A stretch of 17,372 nt of DNA from an uncultured archaeon (lineage in GTDB: Archaea > Iainarchaeota > Iainarchaeia > Iainarchaeales > DATDZZ01), in the NCBI GenBank assembly GCA_964373795.1, contig CAYJVY010000001.1, positions 171,341 to 188,712 on the forward strand, written 5' to 3'. Shown one piece after another: positions 13,801 to 17,372 of the stretch (position 1 is its first letter; each line of letters opens with the position of its first letter). Below the pieces are notes generated by a model that worked only from the letters and a program-made list of their open reading frames with translations, did no database searches and was not told where the DNA came from. Both the position numbers and the translations under genes were made by a program.

Positions 13801-15796
13801 TTCAGTTTTGATTTCCTTAAATCCATCTATTGCTGCTTCAATGCTTGATTCTTTAGATTATTTAACTGGTTATCCTTATGGATGTGTAGAGCAAACAATG
13901 TCAAAGTTTTTGCCAAACTTAATAGTTGATCAAGCTTTAAAGAAATTAAATTTATCCAAACCTGAGTTGCAAAAAGATTTGCCTGACCAAGTAAGTAAGG
14001 GATTGCAAAGATTGTATGACTTTCAGCATGGAGATGGCGGTTGGGGTTGGTGGAAAGATGATCAAACAAATAATTACATGACTGCATATGTTGTATATGG
14101 TTTGAGTCTTGCAGAACAATCAGGTTTTAATGTTGATAAAAGCGTTTTGCAGAGAGGAGTAAATAAATTAGAGCAATTGTTTGCAGAAGAAACAAATCAA
14201 AACATTAAGGCATTCATGTCTTATGCTCTTTCACTGCAAGGAATTAATAGATTTGAAGGAATTAAAAAAGAAGAGCTTTCCTCTTATGGAAAAGCTGTTT
14301 ATGCTTTAGCTTTATGGAATGAAAAATCTCCAGAGGCAACTAATAAGCCTGCTGAAAGAAAACAATTAGCTCAAGACTTAGTGAAAGAACTTGATTTGAA
14401 TGGTTCTTGTACTTCACTTGAATGTTCTTGGACTGGGGAAGGCTGGAGACAACATTATTCTTCAAACGATGTTGAAGCAACAGCCTATGTATTAAAAGCA
14501 TTAATTGCAATTAATCCTTTATCTGAAAACATTCCTAAAACAATTAATTTTTTAGTTAGAAACAAAAAAGGAGGAAGATGGGTTTCCACTTCAGATACAG
14601 CTGCAGCTATTTTTGCTTTAACTGATTACTTAGTTTTAACTCAAGAACTAAAGCCAAATTATTCTCTTCAAGTTTCATTTAACAATGATTTGCTTTCCTC
14701 TAATCAAATTAATTCAAGCAATGTTTTAAACAAGTTTGAGTTTTCTCCAAAAGTTCTTCAAAAAAATAATTCAATTAAGGTTTCAAAGCAAGGCCAAGGA
14801 AAATTATATTATGCAATTACTCAGCAATTCTTTGAATTAAAGGATTTAATTGAAGCAGAATCAAATGGAATTAAAATTACTCGTTCAATGCCTTTAGAAA
14901 TTGATTTAGGACAAGAGTTTGATGTAAACCTTTTAGTTGAATTAAATGCAGATTATGAGTACTTGATTTTAGAAGACTTTCTTCCAGCAGGAGTAGAATT
15001 AGTTGATGAAAAAAAATCAGATGACTATTATTATTGGGATTATAAAAGGTTTGAAAGAAGAGATGAAAAAGTTGTATTCTTTTTTTCTTGGCTTGGAAAA
15101 GGACAACATAGTTTTTCTTACAGAGTTAGAGCAGAAGTTCCAGGAACATTTAAAGTACTGCCAACTCAGTCTTCTTTAATGTATGCTCCAGAAATAAATG
15201 GAAGATCTTCTGAAAACACTTTAAAAATAACTGAAAATTATAGATTGTTTATTCCAAAAATAGATGTTAATGCACAAGAAATAATAATTATTTTAGATGA
15301 AGAAACTCTTTCGGGAGAAAAAATTAATGGATCAATTGATTTAATTGTTTCAGATTCAAACGGAGTAACATTGTCTTCCAAATCAATTGATTTAAATCTT
15401 TCTCAGCCAAGAAAATCCGAGCAAACAAGTATTTCTTTAAATAAAAAATTAAGTGAAGGACAATACACTGTTTCATTAAAGGCTTATACAGATAAAGGAA
15501 ACTTTGCTTCGACAAAGGCCTTCCAATTAGGAAGAATTACAGTAGTTGAAGAAATTCCTGAAACCATTACTAGTTTAAGTAAGGAAAAAATTGTTTTCGA
15601 TAAATCAAGTGTTCCATTTAAACCTGATTCAACTGTAATTCCTTCTGCAAAAATTACTCCAATTCCTGATAAACCTAAAACTCCTGGAATTGATTTATTT
15701 AAAATTATAGGAGGAGCATTAATTATTCTTTCACTAATTGCAATAATTTACATTGTTTTTCTACGCAAAGGAGCTCAAATTGAAGCAGAAGACTAA
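10871..15796 (+). CDS. Alpha-2-macroglobulin family protein with an intact thioester motif, signal peptide and C-terminal membrane anchor
   Basis: Signal-peptide-like MKFAKLVMLFFLFSFFSSFVSA (10871-10936). MG-domain motifs are DRPIYRPNQKVFFKS and VQEYRKPEYKVSL. The A2M-domain motif is FADTAFWNSSVKTNAEGEALVEVDLPDNLTTWRATVKA. The thioester motif is GYPYGCVEQTMSKFLP (CVEQ = 13883-13894). The thioester-domain helices include DFQHGDGGWGWW and GGRWVSTSDTAAAIFALTDY. The C-terminal TM segment is IIGGALIILSLIAIIYIVFL (15704-15763), followed by RKG. I start at ATG 10871 rather than the tracked GTG 10808. Confidence 0.88.
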   Translation: MKFAKLVMLFFLFSFFSSFVSANGISNSSYFYLQIDSSVLPGKPIDLSFCGNAKLARLEIFKLNPLDAPLEKYLDKLEVEALLLKSEKIRSLDLLIQGTDYCKKQVLEPLTSGYYYFKAFEVGIPVVDSLLAEYNFVNVSSLGFIAKQSDSKTAFYVFDLVSGKPLQGAEVFSFKEAFKDAKSIGLTNELGLLEIDKGEEIQNVLASLQGNNAFTRTYYYASSYDKFQVYSFTDRPIYRPNQKVFFKSIAWQNLNGLKSFYSNSSIQVEISDSKGNSVFKQSFTSNEFGAISGEFVLGDEPSLGNYSLNVLINDQAFYSQGFEVQEYRKPEYKVSLTPSKKQFLKGDKIELKVLTEYFFGSPVPNADLVFEVQKDSSYFSPCWGYYKCFYAEEFILPPRYFRGQTVFSGQLKTDLQGEAIVSFDSNSLEETDVTYTVTVKAFDESRREASASTQVKVNSALFKLLGLTNKYSYSVGEEIKVKIKSIDNDNSPVNAKIDVNVSRGEWDANYSVYTIESIKFDSVESKEGVADYSFTVSKGGSYSIELTSKDEKGNPVKYKLNVYVYEAGRFFDKFDSLEISLDKDAYSQNDVAVLTINSPVKEFVALVSIEGKKLFYLKPTYSETNSKQLHLQLTPEMTLNAFVNVSIVKDNKMYSAVKRILIPPANKNLNVEITPQKDFFNPREKVQFRVKLTDEEGKPVKGELSLGLVDESIYSLKEDSSEDIFKFFYSPERNSVYTSSSVQAFYYPRGIEGEIMTESGMPLLGIAAPRMEKSVDSVRREFAATEIRNIFADTAFWNSSVKTNAEGEALVEVDLPDNLTTWRATVKALGTEMQVGQNTDKIVSRKKVIARLITPRFLVQGDELIISGIVHNFLPEQQEFLVQLDSNDLEFLSSNEKLVSIASNASQRIDFTVKASKCCSAKLALKSLGLIESDAMELTLPVLPHGVKQTKYFSGELKGNELVQEILFPEKTIAGADSVLISLNPSIAASMLDSLDYLTGYPYGCVEQTMSKFLPNLIVDQALKKLNLSKPELQKDLPDQVSKGLQRLYDFQHGDGGWGWWKDDQTNNYMTAYVVYGLSLAEQSGFNVDKSVLQRGVNKLEQLFAEETNQNIKAFMSYALSLQGINRFEGIKKEELSSYGKAVYALALWNEKSPEATNKPAERKQLAQDLVKELDLNGSCTSLECSWTGEGWRQHYSSNDVEATAYVLKALIAINPLSENIPKTINFLVRNKKGGRWVSTSDTAAAIFALTDYLVLTQELKPNYSLQVSFNNDLLSSNQINSSNVLNKFEFSPKVLQKNNSIKVSKQGQGKLYYAITQQFFELKDLIEAESNGIKITRSMPLEIDLGQEFDVNLLVELNADYEYLILEDFLPAGVELVDEKKSDDYYYWDYKRFERRDEKVVFFFSWLGKGQHSFSYRVRAEVPGTFKVLPTQSSLMYAPEINGRSSENTLKITENYRLFIPKIDVNAQEIIIILDEETLSGEKINGSIDLIVSDSNGVTLSSKSIDLNLSQPRKSEQTSISLNKKLSEGQYTVSLKAYTDKGNFASTKAFQLGRITVVEEIPETITSLSKEKIVFDKSSVPFKPDSTVIPSAKITPIPDKPKTPGIDLFKIIGGALIILSLIAIIYIVFLRKGAQIEAED

Positions 15797-15835
15797 CTCA
15801 ATTGTAATTAAATTTTTTTCCTTCCCTGTTTTACT

Positions 15836-16273
15836 ATGCCTTTCAAGTTTTTAGAGGAAGTTGCTTTAGCAGACATTGCTTTTAAAGCAACTGGAAAGGA
15901 TTTAATTGAATTACTTGAATCTAGTGCTTTAGCTGTTTTCACTGTAATGGTTGACTTGAAAACAGTTAAACCAAAAATTGAGAAAACTTTCACAGTTAAC
16001 TTACAAGCAGATAATTTTGAAAAACTTTTATTTGATTTTTTATCAGAAATTGTTTTCTTGAAGGACACTGAAGGAATGGTTTTTAAGGAAATAAAAGTTA
16101 AATGGTTTCCAGCAAAACGCGGAGCAATAGTTAAAGCAATTTTAAAAGGAGATTTAGTTAACCCTAAAACTCAAATTCTTGGACAAGACGTGAAAGCAGT
16201 TACAATGCATAATTTTAAAGTCGAGAAAACTTCTTTAAAAAAATGGAAAGCATTTGTAATCCTGGATATTTAG
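15836..16273 (+). CDS. Archease (RtcB tRNA-splicing ligase cofactor family)
   Basis: 145 aa. The N-terminal FKFLEEVALADIAFKATGKDLIELLESSALAVFTVM and the C-terminal VKAVTMHNFKVEK...WKAFVILDI match the conserved archease termini. Confidence 0.8.
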   Translation: MPFKFLEEVALADIAFKATGKDLIELLESSALAVFTVMVDLKTVKPKIEKTFTVNLQADNFEKLLFDFLSEIVFLKDTEGMVFKEIKVKWFPAKRGAIVKAILKGDLVNPKTQILGQDVKAVTMHNFKVEKTSLKKWKAFVILDI

Positions 16274-17298
16274 TTTTTTATTTTCTCTAATTTTTGTTGT
16301 CTTGCTTTTTCTCTGAAACCAATTGCTTCTCTAAACCTTGGAATTCCTTTAGGCCAAATCCTAATAACTATATTAGGAATTCCACTACTTCTTTCTTTTC
16401 CAATTGAATGTTCAACTCCTGCTTCACTCAAATAAAGTGATACGTGTTTCACTAACTCTGGATTTGTTGAAGGCAGTTCTATACACGTAGTTTTTTTTGG
16501 CCCTGAAAAGTGTATTACTCCATGTGAATCAAATAATCCTTTCAAGAAATCAATTCTGTTTTTTTGAGTTGAAAGAATTTTTACAGGAATTCTAGTTAAA
16601 TACTCTGTTTCTCTGTTTAAAATTTGAGTTAAATTTCTTGCAATAAACGCATGTGTTTCAAGTCCTTTTGTTTCAACAAATTTCACTTCTTTTCCTGCAA
16701 TATTTGCTAATCTTGTTCTAAATTCTTTTCCAAAACCTTTATCTTTTGCTGCAAGATTTAATCCCATGTTACCAACAACTTTTTTTTGTTGAGGACTTCT
16801 TCTAGTTTCTTGTCCAAACATTGCTCCAATAATATATGCATAATCTGCTTCTTTTTCTGGAGTGAACTCAATTTTTTTTCTCATTCTTTCATATGAATCT
16901 GCTCTTTTAAGTGAAACATTTTTTGGAAGCCTTTCATGAAAAAGCCATAAACGAACAGAGGTTTTCTCCACTCCAAATCGTTTTGCAATATGAGTTAAAT
17001 TAGGAGTTTGTCCTAATTCAATATATTGATTGTATGCTTCAACTACTTGTTTAAGGGTTTCAAATTCTTTTAATTGTTGTTCTAGTTTTCTACGCATTTC
17101 TTCTGGTTTTACTCCAAGCCAAGAAAATCTTTCAAGTAATCTTTCCCTTGCTTCAACTAGTGAAACTCTTTGCCCTGAAGGCAAAAAAATAATTGATTCT
17201 TTTCTATCTTTTGATGGAAGCAAGGCTTCAAGGTATGAAATTCTTTTCTTCCAAATAGTATTTCTTGTATTAGCTGGCTTTTTTCTTGCTCTAATCAT
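16270..17298 (-). CDS. Free-standing HTH + double-motif LAGLIDADG (homing-endonuclease-like) protein
   Basis: HTH-like LTHIAKRFGVEKTSVRLWL (about 16945-17001). LAGLIDADG-like motif 1 is YAYIIGAMFGQE (16807-16842) and motif 2 is DFLKGLFDSHG (16519-16551), about 97 aa apart as in single-chain enzymes. The C-terminal IRIWPKGIPRFREAIGFREKARQQKL is typical of the fold. There are no Hint/intein blocks and no flanking extein. The 3' end overlaps the archease 3' end by 4 nt (convergent). Confidence 0.65.
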   Translation of the reverse strand: MIRARKKPANTRNTIWKKRISYLEALLPSKDRKESIIFLPSGQRVSLVEARERLLERFSWLGVKPEEMRRKLEQQLKEFETLKQVVEAYNQYIELGQTPNLTHIAKRFGVEKTSVRLWLFHERLPKNVSLKRADSYERMRKKIEFTPEKEADYAYIIGAMFGQETRRSPQQKKVVGNMGLNLAAKDKGFGKEFRTRLANIAGKEVKFVETKGLETHAFIARNLTQILNRETEYLTRIPVKILSTQKNRIDFLKGLFDSHGVIHFSGPKKTTCIELPSTNPELVKHVSLYLSEAGVEHSIGKERSSGIPNIVIRIWPKGIPRFREAIGFREKARQQKLEKIKN

Positions 17299-17372
17299 TA
17301 TAAAATTAGTGCTTAAAAGAATATTAATTTTTGCTTGATGGTTTTTGTTTTTTCTTAATTGTTTGTTTAATT

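Noticed and set aside
15680-15796. PGF-CTERM/archaeosortase sorting signal at the C-terminus of the A2M-like protein
   Set aside because: The sequence reads TPGIDLFKIIGG...FLRKGAQIEAED. PGI is followed by charged and polar residues before the TM segment, and the tail is longer than the short basic tail of PGF-CTERM. I treat it as a plain C-terminal TM anchor.
16270-16273. 4-nt overlap of the convergent archease and LAGLIDADG gene 3' ends as a regulatory feature
   Set aside because: Short convergent stop-codon overlaps are common in compact genomes. No additional structure was seen there.
497-17338. Overlapping or antisense ORFs in the track (497..733-, 795..992-, 1266..1583-, 2989..3225-, 6048..6251+, 6276..6461-, 6789..7046+, 7359..7577-, 8515..8697-, 10133..10318-, 10640..10831-, 13108..13386-, 13827..14087-, 15324..15515-, 15808..16068-, 17030..17338+)
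   Set aside because: Each lies inside or opposite a much longer ORF with clear homology-type motifs. Their translations are low-complexity, Leu/Phe/Ser/Lys-rich strings typical of off-frame reading of AT-rich coding DNA. None has a recognisable motif or ribosome-binding site.

Overview
AT-rich archaeal translation-gene cluster in the conserved order rpl30e - nusA - rps12 - rps7 - fusA (aEF-2) - tuf (aEF-1alpha) - rps10. An archaeal origin is supported by L30e, a KH-only NusA, aEF-2 with the diphthamide HRG motif, EF-1alpha and archease. A DPANN-like lineage is only an inference from the low GC and compact genes. The cluster is interrupted three times by accessory or selfish DNA. (1) A 508-aa LAGLIDADG intein splits ribosomal protein uS12 next to its PNSxxRK decoding-centre loop. 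(2) A two-gene toxin-antitoxin-like cassette sits between rps7 and fusA: a DUF4258-like HAxxR protein and a YgiT-type zinc ribbon fused to an AbrB/SpoVT domain. (3) A ~2 kb insert sits between fusA and tuf, with a methyltransferase-like gene, an RHH/PIN (VapBC-like) pair with an operator-like repeat array, and a small membrane protein. Downstream of rps10 are a polytopic membrane protein and a ~1640-aa alpha-2-macroglobulin family protein with an intact CVEQ thioester motif, an N-terminal signal peptide and a C-terminal membrane anchor. These are followed by archease and a convergent free-standing HTH + LAGLIDADG gene with degenerate catalytic positions. The left edge carries a phased tandem array of TTGCAA palindromes. 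No rRNA, tRNA or CRISPR array was recognised. All functional calls rest on reading motifs by eye, not on database searches.
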